This document shows, in pieces, positions 25,721 through 44,608 of a stretch of DNA of 64,000 bases (positions are counted from its first letter, which is position 1; each line of letters opens with the position of its first letter). The DNA lies in contig NW_003526943.1 of the NCBI RefSeq assembly GCF_000181795.1, forward strand, positions 5,511,806-5,575,805. Direction: 5' to 3'. The notes under the pieces were generated by a model. The model made no database searches. It was not told the DNA's origin and worked only from the letters and a program-made list of their open reading frames with translations. This DNA comes from Trichinella spiralis (taxonomy: Eukaryota). Made by a program: the position numbers and the translations under genes.

Positions 25721-27788
25721 ATTAAAAAGAACTGATTTTGTGAATATTGATAAATCATAATTTAATAAATTATGTTAACCTGCCGCTTTCATTAAAATTT
25801 TGACATTCTAAATAGTTCACTTTTATTTACTTCCTTACGTTGGTGTGATCATATCTCGAAGAAGCAAATTTGCAATCATAGTTCCAAGTGATGAAAAAAA
25901 TATGTATAACAAACGGAAGACTAAGTCAAACTGCTCAAATAAGTATAAAAATGAAGTATCTTTAAAAAATATTTGCAAACATATGTTAGTGCCATCCACA
26001 TTTCAAATTTTTATTTGCCTTTTTGACTTTCAGAAACTGTAGCATAAATAATTGCAATAAAAAAGTAACTGTAGCAAGATAATGGAAAACTGGCATCACA
26101 ACCGTAAAAAGTTTGACAACTGTGTCAAATAACCAGTTGACTTATCAAAAGTTCAAAACGCATCTTACACACGCTCTTTGAAACTAAAGCTTCCTAACTT
26201 GAAACACAAGCTTCTGAAAACTTCTTAACTGCTAAAATGAAATTACACATGTGACCTAAGCACATTTTCTAGTGTTACGATATGCTTATCATTTTCAGAC
26301 TTGTTAAATATGCTTCTACACATATTTACAAATTACAGTTTTCAAATAACAGTAAAATCAGAGAATTTAAAGTGATGAAATAATTATGTCTAATTTGCAT
26401 TATAACGTAAACTGCAAATTTGTAAATAAATGATTTTCTTATCAGTTTAAGTTTTTCATCGAATTAATGTTTGCATAAATACTTATACAGTTGACGTCAA
26501 AATGATTGAAATGCTGTTGAATGACGAAAAACTAGAAGTAAAATTCTTTCTATTTTCAAGAAATGCTGTGCTTCAAAAACAGTTGATGCTAATGCTTACA
26601 AAAGGTAAAAATTATGTAATTAAATATATTTCCTCTGCATATTCCATACTGTAGCAGTCAGTGATTTTTCGCATTGCACAACAATAACTTTAACATAAAA
26701 AACTTTGATTAAAAACAAGTAAAACCTGCATACTAGTTTGATGAGTTGTTAAAGTCTAGTTAAGTAAATTCTTACTGCAGGAAATGCATCTGTGAGCAGC
26801 ATCAATCAAATTAAAAAATGCATCACTGTAGATAATTTTCAATCATGCGCATCATGTCCTTCGATGAACACTTTTTAAAAATAAATTAAACGCTTTAGTC
26901 TCTTTCGGTAAAATTTTCAGAGCTAATTTTCTATTGGTTGGCAAAAAATCGAGTTTTCATTGGATAGCTTCTCATTGCATAGTCAGAATAAATTAAACAT
27001 TTCACAGTATAATTCAGTGGAAGCATTGCACTAATCATAAGTAATCTAATGAATAACAGCTAGATGTATGTTGACACTGTAAGCATGAATGGCTATTTGA
27101 CGACGGTAAATAGTAAAGATTTCTTAAGACTAAAGACGTGGTTTTGGCCAATGGATCAAATTTATAAAAGAAAATGAAATAAAAAATAATTATTGTAAAA
27201 AAAAATTAAAGTAATTGATATGAATTATTTTGGAATTTTTTCCTTTTATCAATCAATTGATTTTATTTAAACAACAAGGAAGCAAACATTAGAATGAAAA
27301 ATAATGAACAAAATCTAATTGAGGGATATTCAAATAATATAATTTTTTAAATATGGACAATCATATATAACTTTCATAAACAGTATCACATCTTTCCTCT
27401 TAAACCGTGCAACTACTTATGTATCATATTTCTGTTTACATATACAGTGTGCTATATATATACTTTATTTATTTACTCATTTATAAAGTGAAACCATTTA
27501 AATGATGAAAAAAAATTTAATGGAAAATAGATGCATTTCAATTAATCTTCACTGCTTTGATGCGATGGCTGTAGGATTCTATTGTAAGTAAAGATTCAAG
27601 AAAATGTAATATTGATAACGTCAAAATTATGTCAAATGCATGTTACAAACTTATACGACACCAGTGATCGATGGTAGTGATAAAAATATGATTGCAAAAA
27701 AATGCTTAAACAAAACAGGTCGTGATTAAACAGCACAAATCAATCAGAGCAAAAACACCGAAGAGTGCGCAAACAAATAACAAGAGCT

Positions 27789-29691
27789 ATGCAAATACAT
27801 ATAACTTTATATGTATTTATATGTTTAACATATGGATTTATTTCTGAACTTTTTGCCAAAGATTTCCGAGGCAACGTTTTGCACTTTGCTTGCGGCATTA
27901 GCAAAAGTCACGTGCTATTCAACGAACGTTTGGCAAATGTGCTCAGTGAAAATGGCTACAAAGTTCACATTGTCTTTGCGCCTGTAACACCAGGGGTGGA
28001 TCTGCCTGATTTCCGTAACAATAAAAATGTGGAAGTGATTAAGATAAATTTTACAATCACTGAAAATGTCTTCACATTGGGGAAACAATGGCAGAATGAT
28101 GTTTTTAAAAAAGACAGTACAAAAAATATTTTCGTTATTGGAAGAATGTTTCAGAGACTTTTAATCGACAGCTGCAAAATTTTGAGCGAGAATTCAGCAT
28201 TAAAACAACACATAGAAACTGTTCAGTATGATGTACTGCTGAATTATTGCCTCGATATATGTCCTTTGGCTTTTGGTTGGAAAGGTAAAATTCCAAAAAC
28301 AATATGCATCAGTCCCTCAACTGTAATATTTGAAAGCGTTGCATCAATAGTTGGAACTCCAATTCGACCAAGCTTCATACCAAATGGAGGAAGTGCGTAT
28401 TCTGATAAAATGACATTTTTTGACAGACTTAAAAACAGTCTACTTAGTTCCCTTATGCTCCTGTACCCTCAGCTTCCAGTATCGGCGCATAAAACTGAAG
28501 AAAGCATTTTTAGAACCATTTACGGCAATGATTTCAAAAGCATTACAGAACTGAATTCGAATATAGTCGGCATGCTAATAAATGGCGAAGCTTCGCTGGA
28601 ATTTCCAAGGCCGCTGCTACCAACAGTTTTATACTTGGGAGATTTGTTGCCACCAAAAAGCAGTCGACTGAGCACGGTAAAAATTACTCAATTACATTTT
28701 CTGAAATATTTAAAATATTTATGCCATAAAACATGCAAAGCAATGTAAAGCACTGTAATAGGAATGGCAACATGTTGTTGAAGCAGAAAATGCAGGGATA
28801 ATATTGTTTTCATTTGGTTCAGTTATAAAAGCTGATTTAATTCCATGGGAAATAAAAGTGAGTGTTTGAAAATCATTTGGAGGTTATTGTGCAAAAAAAC
28901 AGTTATTTTTAGAAAGAACTGCTTGATGCTTTCAGCCGGTTTCCTAATTACACTGTTGTTTGCAAGTTGAGTGTGGACGAAAGTCAAAAACATTACTTGC
29001 CCCCAAATGTTAAACTCTTCGACTGGATTCCACAAAGAGAGCTTCTAGGTAATAACTGCGCCTTTAAATGTTAAAATATGTTTTTTATAAAATGAAATAA
29101 TGCAATATGTGCTTGGTGGACTATTTTATGACAGTTAAAATTGAGCATGCAACTAACAGTAAATGCTTTGCTAATAAGAAAATCTTATTAATTAGACCAT
29201 CCGAAGTTGAAGCTTTTCATCACGCATGCTGGATACAACAGTTTGTTGGAGACAGCTAAAGTTGGTGTACCGATGATTACAATTCCACTTTTTGGAGATC
29301 AACTGTCAAATGCTCTACGTGCTGAACGGCAAAAATTATCATTAGTACTCAGTAAATTGGAAATCACTTCTGAAAATTTAGAAAACAAAATGAAAATTAT
29401 ATTGGAAAATGAAACGTAATCATGTTATAAATATTCACTTTCATTCCATTTTAACGTTAACGTTTAATGGATTTTAGATATTTTAATCGTGCTAAACAAT
29501 TTGCTGGTTTTATCCATGACAAACCTTTGTCAAATGCGGATATGCTAATTCGCTACATGGACATCACTATAAGACGGCAACAGCTTGTAAGATCAGCCGT
29601 TCTAAATTTGAACGTTATGCAAGAATTCAATTTTGATAGTATTATTTTAGCAACTTCTGCTTTTCTTATTTTACTTTCATTAGTGAGATAA
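27789..29691 (+). CDS. UDP-glucuronosyl/glycosyltransferase (GT1), 5 exons
   Basis: Signal peptide, catalytic His in [27 protein letters not shown], the UGT signature [44 protein letters not shown] and a C-terminal hydrophobic anchor. ATG at 27789. Confidence 0.93.
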
Positions 29692-30299
29692 TTCACTTTT
29701 GCAAATAAGTTTGGATGAAAATAACGACATCAAGACAGCATTTTAGCTTTTACTGTTGTTTTATTTATTACTTATTCGATTATAGAATTTACTTATAGAA
29801 CATTCAATTAATTGTAGCAGAGTAACCTTTATTCATTTATCCATCACCATATGAAAAGCACAGCTTTCTTGAGGAAATATAAAAAACTTTCTTATGAGCA
29901 CTGTAATAATGACATTAATAAATAAAAATATTTCATTACAGTCTGAAAATTACATTGAGTATGCTAAAATAAAATAAAATAAGATAAATACAAAAATATC
30001 ACGTAGAGCATAAAAAGTGTGAATTACATCGATTTGCATGAATGCTAATGATAAAGTTGATAAATGAATACAAAAACGAAAACTTTAAATTAATATTAAC
30101 ACAACTTCTGCATGTACAAAACAATTATATTTACAATTTTTATCGAGTAGACAGACAGACTGTATGAACAATTCACATAACTTATTATTATTATTCAAAT
30201 GTCACAATTATTTGCATTATTTTCTTAATGATGTTCATAAAACAAGTATGCAAATTAAAAAAAAACAACATGATGAACAAAGTTATCAGAATAATAAAA

Positions 30300-33200
30300 T
30301 TATTTCTGCTTTTTCTTGTTGTTAGGCCTCTTTTTTGGAGGTGTATTGTTTATAACAAAAGAAAACCATTTCTGAGAATTTCCTGATGTGTTGGGTTCGG
30401 CTTTCTGAAAAGAACAACATTTTACATTCTACATGGAAGAAATGTTGTAACAACTGCTAAATGCTGTTACCTGCTGTGGTGCATTTTCAGCGATGTCGAC
30501 AAGATTTGTAACAGATGAAGCTGCAGATGCACATGTAACGGTTGTTTCCTGACTGAGGGCACTTTTGTTTAAGTCCCTTTTCTAAATTTACAAGTTTCAA
30601 GTGAAACAGAAAAAAAAGGGGGGGGGGGGAAGGGGTTAAATATAAATATATATAAATAAATAAATGAATATATATATATTACTGCATTCATTTTTTCACG
30701 TTTAGACAGCTTTCGAATGGAAAACGCTTTGCGAATACTCTGCAGCATGGTTTTCTTTGCCTTAAAATAAAAATTTTAATATTTCAACCATCACAAATTG
30801 TTGCTGAAAGTGAAAATTTGAATAACTGAATTTGTAAATTGAGTGCTGACTGGAGTGGTCAAATTGCTTCGCACCAGATACGATGTATTGAATTCAGCTG
30901 AACATTTCAAATTTTCCTCCATATCATTATTGGCCACGTATTGAGTTTCAATCGGATAGATGCTTTTCAAATGCAATGGTACTTTTTTGTTCCTCAAGTG
31001 CAACACCGACAAACGATCGTCCCATTTCAAATCACTTTCATTGGTCGCTTCATTGCTAAAAAGAATAATATTATTAAAGAATAATATTTATTTTTAATAT
31101 AGAAATATATTCAGAAAAGAAAAAGTAAAGTCAAACTTCAAATTCGAAACGTCGTCACCGTCATCATTGTGCACTCGAGATGAAGAAAGTACATTTGCAA
31201 AGGAGATCGCATCGTAGCTGAGCTTGACCGTCGGCGTGAATAGACCTTCACCGGATCGGTAGCTTTTCAACACACGCTCAGTTTCATAAGCAGTCACATC
31301 CAACTTATGCGGACTGGGACATTTGGACGATTCGATCACCCTTTCTTCGACAACCAAATTGCTCTTGTTACCGACTCTTTTCAGAACACTACATGAAAAC
31401 AGTTCACCTTCGTTTCCAATCGGTTTAACTGAAATGATACGCAACAAAATAAAAAAATTTCAATGAGATTATGCAAATTTAAGAACAATAAAAAAACCCT
31501 TATTGAATACTTATTTGAGTGGCGTGCACTGTCGATGAGACAGAAGGAACGCTGGCAACGGTAGCCATGCTTGATGAACTTGCTCGACTGACCGAATCGA
31601 AATAGCATTCATCTTCTGTTTGGAAAAGAACATACAAAAATTACAAATAAAAATCATATTCATATTCATATTTATCACCATTCGATTCTGCAACACTGGA
31701 CCCAGAAATAAATTTACGCATCGCAGATTCTTTGGAAGGTAATCGGAAAATATTCTAATAATTCATTTCAAATTATATTTCAAAAAAATACACAAAAGAA
31801 ATCATGCTGCAATGCAATTCTATTCAACCAAACAAACCTTGCCCTGTGATAGATTGGAATGCAATGTTAAAATTTTCATTTCATCACTTTTCAGTGCTGC
31901 AGGCACAACAAACTCTTCATTCCTGAAAAATAATAAATCATCAAACTCTTTATTATCACATCACATCACAATTTATTATTATTAATTTATTACCTTCCAA
32001 ATTCTTCATCTTCTTCTTCGACATTGTTCAAAAGTTGTGGAGAACTGCTGGAAATGAAAAACAAAATAACACCACGAATTTGTGAGCACTGCCGCATATG
32101 CTTACAGAATAAAGCTGGTCTGAACAGCGGCATCTGCGACGCTTTTCAAAACTTCTGGTGCCTCTTTCAAAGCGTTGATCTCCTTTTCCTCTGCAAAAGA
32201 GATGATCATCGTTTTCCACAATTCAATTCAAAAATTCATTTTAAAAAAATTTTCCGACACAAGACAGAACAACAAATACTACTTGCTTTATCCTATTCTT
32301 ACCAATTGAAGCCAGTTTATCTTTCAAATTTTTGTACTTGTCATGCAAATGTCTAAACTGCACGCGAATTTCATTATTCGCTTGAGTTAAATCCTGAAAA
32401 TATGCAAATTTACGAGAGCAAAAAAATTTTCAACACAATTTTTCAAACTGTCCAACTTCAACTTTCAATTGCAGCTCATCGCACTCATCTAACATATCTC
32501 GCTTTTCTTTCTTCAAAACATCAATCTGCTTCATCAAATCTTCTAATGTCCTCTTGTAATTGGTTTCTTTTTCGGAAGCAATTACAGATTGTTCATTCAA
32601 TTCTGATTTCAGCATCATTTCTTCTGCTCGCATACGTCGTATCACAGTTTGGGCATTCATGTTCTAATATACAATAAATAATATATACCATTTTATCATG
32701 TATATATATATTTGTGACTTGCTTCATTGAATAATCTGTCATTTTCAATTCTAATCAATTCAAGTTGAGAGGTAGCTGATTCCGCATCACGAGATGTAAT
32801 TTCTTTCTGATGCTTCAACCTGATGAACAGATTCACACGATAAAAAAACAGATAAATAAATAAACATTTTCAACATACAATTTTATCTCTTCAAGTAGCA
32901 AAGCATTTTCATTTTTCACAGATTCCAAAAGTTCATGCTTCTCTTTCAATTCTGCCCTCAACGCTTCTGCACTAGACTGATCTCCTTGCAGTGCCAGCAA
33001 CTCAGTTTCTACACAATTCACTCAACGATAATTTATTGCAATTTTTAATAAAATTTTATCCATAACAAAACTCGATAGCCTGATTTCTTGTCTTATAAAA
33101 TCAATATTAAAAAATTTTTTTTAATTTTAAAGATCTGAAAACATATTAATTGAAAGAATAAAAACATTTCAAAAAATACACCGCTGAAACTCAATGCATA

Positions 33201-34608
33201 CCTCTCACTGTGCAAGCTTTAGTAAGAGTTTCCACCTCGTAAGCCAACGTGTCGATAATCTCATTTTTACTAGCAAGAGTTTCTTTTAGTCGTCGAATTT
33301 CTTGATCCTTTTGCCGAACTGCAGCCGCATTGCGAACCACTGGCGAGTTCAAAGATTTCACCACAGGACTGGAGCTATTGAGAAAAGAGGCGCTCCCCTT
33401 GGCAAAGGAACTACCATTCAGTTCGCTCAAATAGGAACGCATTTCCTCAATCTCTGAATCGGCTGAAGCGCCATTTTCGTTTTCGGCATGTTTAGCATCA
33501 CCGTTGGTGTAACCGTTCGATTCCAAATGAACATTTCCAAGCAGTCGTTCCCAGAAGGTGGACCAATTAACTGCCACGTCTGCAGGATTGCTCAGACCTT
33601 CGCAGACATCTTTGATTACGTACTGGCTTTCTGTGGACACTTTGGTCAAAACCAACTGAACGTGAGCTGTGTTGTTGGCCGAAGTCAAGGCATAGTTCAA
33701 TGTTAAACACAGAGCCTAAATATTGATCAACACCAAATCAATGTTAAAAATAGAAAATCAAATAAAAAGATGAAATTTACAGTCAGAAAATTACCAACGC
33801 CTTAAAAAATACTATTATATATACAGCATAAACAATGCTGTTGCTTTTTTCTTAATCTGAATGAATAGAAAAGAACAAAAATAAATCAAATCTACTATAG
33901 CCACTTCTTCTTCGGTTGGATTATCACCATTAATGCTTGCAAGCGATTCCAAATTATCGAACAAATCCTTCTCGTAGAAGGTTTTCAAAGCATAATAAAC
34001 ATAATTCTTGTAATCTATTTCTATTGTTGATAGTGACTGTTCATCCAAACTAAATGTACAAACTTGTATATATAGAATTAAAAAATAAAAGTTAATTACG
34101 TGGTGCTTATAATATAACTCAGATGATGGAAATCTTTCAGTGAGCACAATGAATCAGCAGGCGTTAATTCAATACTATCTTCTGTCTCCAAGTTCACCTA
34201 CAAAATCAAATGCTGTCATACATTAAAAAACGTAAATTATAACAAAAACAAAATTAAAAAACAATAAAGCACACATAATTCAACTAAAATGATCATATAT
34301 AATATTAAAATTAATAATTATAAATGATGCCGTGTAGAGCATAAATTTACAAATACAAAAAATGATATTGGAACAATTGGAGATATGAGAAAGTATTAAT
34401 GACACAAAAAACTCAAAATTCCAGTTAAATTTTAAATTGTATTTTCAAATAATAAATGCATACAAGTCGTACAATTATAACAATAACGTAAAGTGCAATA
34501 CTTATAAAACAACATTTGAAAAACGTTAAAAAGTAAGAAAATAAATTATTTTACTCTTTTACTCACCCATTCAATCAGACGATCAATCTTTTTCTGACAA
34601 AACTTCAT
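30300..34608 (-). CDS. lin-5: NuMA/LIN-5/Mud-family spindle-positioning coiled-coil protein (about 17 exons, roughly 850 aa by manual splicing)
   Basis: Spliced N-terminus MKFCQKKIDRLIEW|VNL...SLCSLKDFHHLSYII...EEEVAI|ALCLTLNYAL resembles the Hook/NuMA head. SSSPVVKSLNSP...EIRRLKETL (cf. NuMA SPASPMGDILQTPQFQMRRLKKQL) is followed by a coiled coil, the NLM motif WDDRLSVLHLRNKKVPLHLKSIYPIE (cf. WNRIAELQQRNRVCPPHLKTCYPLE) and the tail FSFVINNTPPKK (cf. MAFSILNTPKK). Stop at 30302-30300. Confidence 0.85.
30618..30635 (+). repeat. G-tract (G12-AA-G4) inside an intron of the NuMA-like gene
   Basis: Read directly: ggggggggggggaagggg after an A run. Confidence 0.8.
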
Positions 34609-35319
34609 TACTAGTCAACAGGCACACAGAACGCAAAACTAAAACTAACTGAGCAAACACTTTAACGTTAAAATTTTAACTCAAGGACAAAATAATAAAA
34701 TGAAAAGTAAGAATAATTCAGTAGTTACAGTATGAAATAGGTCACGAAATTCAAAAACATTAATTCTTAAAATAATTAATTATATAGTTAAGATTTAAAA
34801 TTTAAAAGAGTTAGATTTTTTATTTTAAATGATTATTTCAATCTTAATATATTAATGTGCAAAATTTTGTTCATAATTCAAAATACATTCATATGCATAT
34901 CTTCTAATTGATATCCGTTTCTTAAAAAACTCAGTGCTAAATATTTAATAAATTAACTTTGAGCAATAAATTTTTTTTCGTCAGTCTGTGTTATGTGTGA
35001 CAGGAATAAAAGTGATTATAGAGCAAAGCAATTAATTATACATGTGGATAATGAACTGGCTACAATTAAAAATTATCTAATATTAAGAATAAGCATAATG
35101 ATCAACAAGAATTTAGAAATCATTTATACCATTAGTTAAAACAGTTCAAAATTAAATTCTCATATCACAAATTTTATTTAAAAACTATTCAATTGGAGTA
35201 ACTTTCAAATTTTTAGTGTTTCATTCAGCATTATTGCACTATACTATATAACTATACTCATCAGAATGTTGGATTTCAGGCGAAAATTTTCAGTTCGCTT
35301 TCCTACTGGTTGTTGAAGC

Positions 35320-35585
35320 TGGTGAGCTGGGCTTAAAAGTTCAGTACAGAATAGATAATGAAATAAAAATGCTCCTTGCCACCGCTTTCCTTCCTGTAGC
35401 GCAAGTCGATACCAGTGTTAGCCTGCTTGAAGCAGGCACTACAGGTAGCATATAAGCTTTATTCCATTATTTTATAACTGCTGCTTTAGAATGTACATAA
35501 TGCAAATTATAAAACCAATGACTACTTGGAATGGACTGCTCAATTAGCTAAGAAAGAAAGCGGGTAAAAGCTGTCGGGTTTTATA
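35320..35585 (+). mobile_element. Mutator-like (MULE) transposase relic
   Basis: Translates GELGLKVQYRIDNEIKMLLATAFLPVAQVDTSVSLLEAGTTGSI*ALFHYF ... NVHNANYKTNDYLEW ... KKAGK (cf. MULE ALAFLP...YF...WNV...RTNNxxEGWH). Stops and deletions present. Confidence 0.7.
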
Positions 35586-36140
35586 TTAGTGATGGTTTTG
35601 TATTATATTTTATTGACTGCTCTTTCCTCTTTCGTTGTTTCTACTTTGCTAATAATGATCACTTATATTTGTTTATTTTAGTTATTCCTGTTCATCATTG
35701 CCGTTATTGTCTGTTCTTTACTATTGTTATTGATGTTTTATGTTTTGAAAAATAAAATTCATTGCTTAATATATTTTGCTGCTTTTGTTGACCTATCTAT
35801 TGCTATCATATTTTATAAAATTTCATCATGGTACAATAACAAAATATAAAATAACGAAAAAATTGATATTAAAAATACTGATTGCTGAAACGTGTGAAAT
35901 GTAAAAGAAAACGGTTATTACATAAATGAGAAAGTCACATAATCGTCAATGGAAATATTTAGACAATAAAATGAAACTTTAGCAACTAATCAAAAGAAAG
36001 AAATTTGAATCAATGAACAATTAGATTAAAAAAATCAATCTGACTTGGCAATGAACATCGAATGAGAAACGAACTTTAATAATAACCGAGATAGTCTCTC
36101 TCGGTAAAATTTTCACTGGAATCCAGCATCCCATGCGTAT

Positions 36141-37108
<968 letters not shown>

Positions 37109-39004
37109 ATTTTCTTAAATATGAAGAACATAAACGAAACAAAAGTACAAGCTAATTTTAATTGATCATTTGCAAATACATATGAAAAAATGCAGACGCT
37201 AAAAACTACTGTGATGATTTATACACATATGATTTATTTATTTTTATATGTTTATTTATTTATTTATTCAGAAGTTCTAAAAAACTGAAAAAGTTTAGTG
37301 AAAATTTTAAAATAGAAAAAACACGAATATTGTTGTACTTAAAACAGGAAAATGTACACAGGTACAACATGAACGTAGAATAAGTTGAGTAAACACTCTA
37401 CAGAAAGTTAAGAGAAACCATCCAGTAGAGACATATGCAAAACGAATGTATCTTAAATTATCAGCATACTGTAATAATATATTTATCAAGGTTAAATATA
37501 TTACCTTGAAAATTTCTTTGAACTAAACAAACAAAACAGATTAGATAAATTAAAATATAAACATTTAGTTGAAGTGTCAGTTAAATATACTGAACGTTAA
37601 CGGACAAAGCATTTTTCAAAGATATTTATTGCAATGACGTTTTGCTGATAAGCACAATTTTATCACTTTGGTTTTTATATTATTCAAATACTTTTGTATA
37701 TAATATTATATTTTTTAGCATTAAAATTCATTAAATTTAAAACTGAATAAAAATAAATAAAATAAAAAGGATTGTAAAAAATTTGCTTCCATTTTACTGA
37801 TATTTTTCTACAAATTTGAGTGATGAACTATGAAATACAATGTGCAAAAGTGAAATGCTTTCAGGTATTAATAAAAGAAGTTCTAATCAAAAAATATTTA
37901 ATGCTTCGATAGATTATATCTAAAATTATTGTAACTTGCATTCTCTTATCGACCGTACATGAAATTTATTCTGTTTCATTTTGACAATGAAAAATGAACG
38001 TGGGCTTGAAACAAAAGCGAATCAGCACTGATGGAAAGTTAGGTAATTTTTATTTTTAAAATTGCTGCCATACCATTGATATTTACGAAACCACGTTCCG
38101 AATGGAATGCACAGATTCCCTTGCATGTTTACATTTCCATTTTCATATTCACACATTAGAACAATAATTGGAATAACTTTTGTTTTGCATTTTATGCGGT
38201 GATACTTATATTATTTGTCATGAGTGAAATATAAGTTGAGATTGATTTTTACTTTTTCTTTTGAAAAGTTGCTTACTTTGAAAAGTTTTGAAAAGTTACT
38301 TTAATTATTACTATTTTTGATAATCGTTGTAAAGTTTACTTTGTAGATGGCAGTGCGATAAACTTTTCTCATCACTAACGATGGCTTTTCAATTGCATGA
38401 AATTCCATTCGCAGTGTGATAAAAAGTAAACTTTAATTTATGGTTCGCCTGCAGCACGTTGGAACAATAATAATTTTCAACCTTTGCACATGTGTTGTAT
38501 GTGTATGTATGTCAAATCGCTGCATGCGTATCACAAATGATCAACCAAGTCTTTACTACAATTCAAATGACGTTTATTATTTTTTACACTTTCAATAATA
38601 TTCTTATCATTTTAGGATCAAGATATTTTGTGGCGCAGCTTTTTTCGCTACGGGGGAATGTTCCATCGAAGTGTGTATTTAGGATTGTTCGTTTATTTTC
38701 ACCAATCAATCAGCATTGCATAAAAGGTGAGCTTCGTCAATAAAGTGAATGATGAAAGTTTTGATGATCTCTTGATGAGGATAAACTGACAATAAAAGTG
38801 GCAAACAGTTTTTCTGGTGTTATAAGATTTAATGTTTTATTACATTTTTATTCAGTGTTCAAGTTTCACCTATTTTTTTTGAAATTTGAATGAAATTGAT
38901 TTTTTTGTTGCAAGTATTTCGTGAATGTCAAACCGTCATCAATAAATAAATCATGTATTTATTATAAAATTGACAGGATGTTTCATTGTTTTCAGAATTT
39001 ATGT

Positions 39005-40262
39005 ATGGCAGTGTCTGAATATAGTATGATGCTATTTTACATTTTGTTGTCGTGTTGTTCGACGCTGGGGTGGGGATTGTTCATTACCACTGTTCCGTGG
39101 TCGTCGACGCATGCCGTCGGCGAAGCACAACTATTGAACAGTACTACAGCTGCCTCATTTGTTACTTTTGGTGATAATTTGATAACACATGCATTGACGG
39201 ATGTCATGTCAACTTTGCCGCCCACATCTACTATAGAAGCGGATAGCAGCAGCAGCAGCAGCAGATTTTCGCATGCATTTTTAGCTTCATGTTCTGTTGT
39301 AATAGTGAGCGAAATTGGCGATAAAACTTTCTTCATCGCTGCCACAATGGCAATGAAATATTCCCGAATAGTTGTGTTCAGTGGTGCTCTTACTGCTTTG
39401 CTTTTAATGACCACATTATCAGGTGGAATTTTTCATGAAAAGCGTTTTTTTAAATTATTATTCATTCTTTAAATGTTCAATGTTGCAGCATTTCTTGGCT
39501 CTGCAGTTCACTTGATTCCTCATCATATTGTTACTTATTTTTCCTCGGCATTGTTTGCTGTGTTTGGCTTGAAAATGCTGCGAGATGCTTATTACATGAC
39601 CAACAATGAAGCGGTAGAAGAGTTCGAAGAAGCACAAGCCGAAGTGTCAAAACTCGAAGCGACAGTAAATAAATAAATCAGTATATATCCTTTACGCGCT
39701 TATAATAAGTTTAAACTTTGTTATTTTTAAGAGAAACGCGAAAGATTTAGAAGCTGGAAAATCTTTCGCACCCAGCATTTGTACTGGAAGTGCAATGTGT
39801 CGCTTCATTGGAGCGATATTCGTAGAAGCGTTTATACTGACTTTTCTGGCAGAATGGGGGGATCGATCTCAAATGGCAACGGTGATTTTATCTGCGAGTG
39901 AAGTAAATATGTCTGCCGAAAGGCTGCAGTTCTGGATGATTATCGTTTTCATCCTATCCGTCCAGTTGCATGAAATTATCTCATTTTTTAGAACATAACC
40001 GGAGTGATAGTTGGTGGCACGTTCGGACACAGCTTGTGCACAGGAATGGCGGTTCTGTGTGGGCGAATTGTTTCTCAAAAATTATCTGTCAAAGGAGGTA
40101 GGTAAATGGTCTATTTGAGGAAATAAAAATGTATTTTACTTAAAATCCTCAACCATCACACATCTGTATCATAAACATCAGCCTTGAATATTTTTAGTGA
40201 CTTACATTGGAGGTGTGATATTTTTATTTTTCTCCCTGTCATCACTAATATTGAACAAGTGA
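39005..40262 (+). CDS. TMEM165: GDT1/TMEM165 (UPF0016) Golgi Ca2+/Mn2+ transporter, 5 coding exons
   Basis: Two E-x-G-D-K/R-T/S motifs (SEIGDKTFF, AEWGDRSQ), an acidic loop EEFEEAQAE, GGTFGHSLCTGMAV and a signal-peptide-like start. The start may be ATG 39005 or 39026. Stop at 40260-40262. Confidence 0.93.
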
Positions 40263-40952
40263 AGAAGCATGTCCAAATTGCTGAATCCGATGAAAAAAAG
40301 ATATGTACCTGTACTCGAACTGCCCCTATTGTTGCATACATATATATATATGTATATATATATGTATATTTATAATGGTGAATCAGTCATAATCATCAAC
40401 GAATCATGAACACAGACAAACCTATTATATATATTAATATTAAAATAATTGTTTGTTTACCATATTATTGCACTGCTTCTTGTCCCGTTTACTTCAAGAA
40501 AATGTAAAAGAAGAATAAGAAGAAGCAAAAAACAACAGATTATTGACACAAGCTGAGGAAAAAAAAGAGAAAACCAAACAACCTCTGCGCTCACCGTGCT
40601 GCTAACCAAAGCGAAGCAAAAAAAAAATTAAAAATTACCAGGCGGAATGTCAAGCATATATATATATATAAACGTTGTTTCGCAAGATTCGGAGAAGAAT
40701 ATAGTTAGTTGGACCAGACCATTTTTTTCAGTTGGACACTTCTGAGAGGCAAGAGCAGGAAAACGTTCATATCAGGATTTAGAACTAATGAAAAAAAATA
40801 AAAAACACGCAACCCACTCAACAGACACCCACAACAAAGAGTAGGATTGAGGAAGGGAAGAAGAGGGGAGAGGTGAGTTTGAAATGGAATTTTGTGGTTC
40901 AGATTAAAGAGAGAGAGAAAGGGAAGGAGTGTCGCTGTGTGTGTGTATGGTT

Positions 40953-44608
<3,656 letters not shown>

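Noticed and set aside
39685..39693. ATATCCTTT, a U12 AT-AC donor consensus, in a TMEM165 intron
   Set aside because: An in-frame TAA precedes it, and the ordinary GT-AG intron (39665-39731) already keeps the frame.
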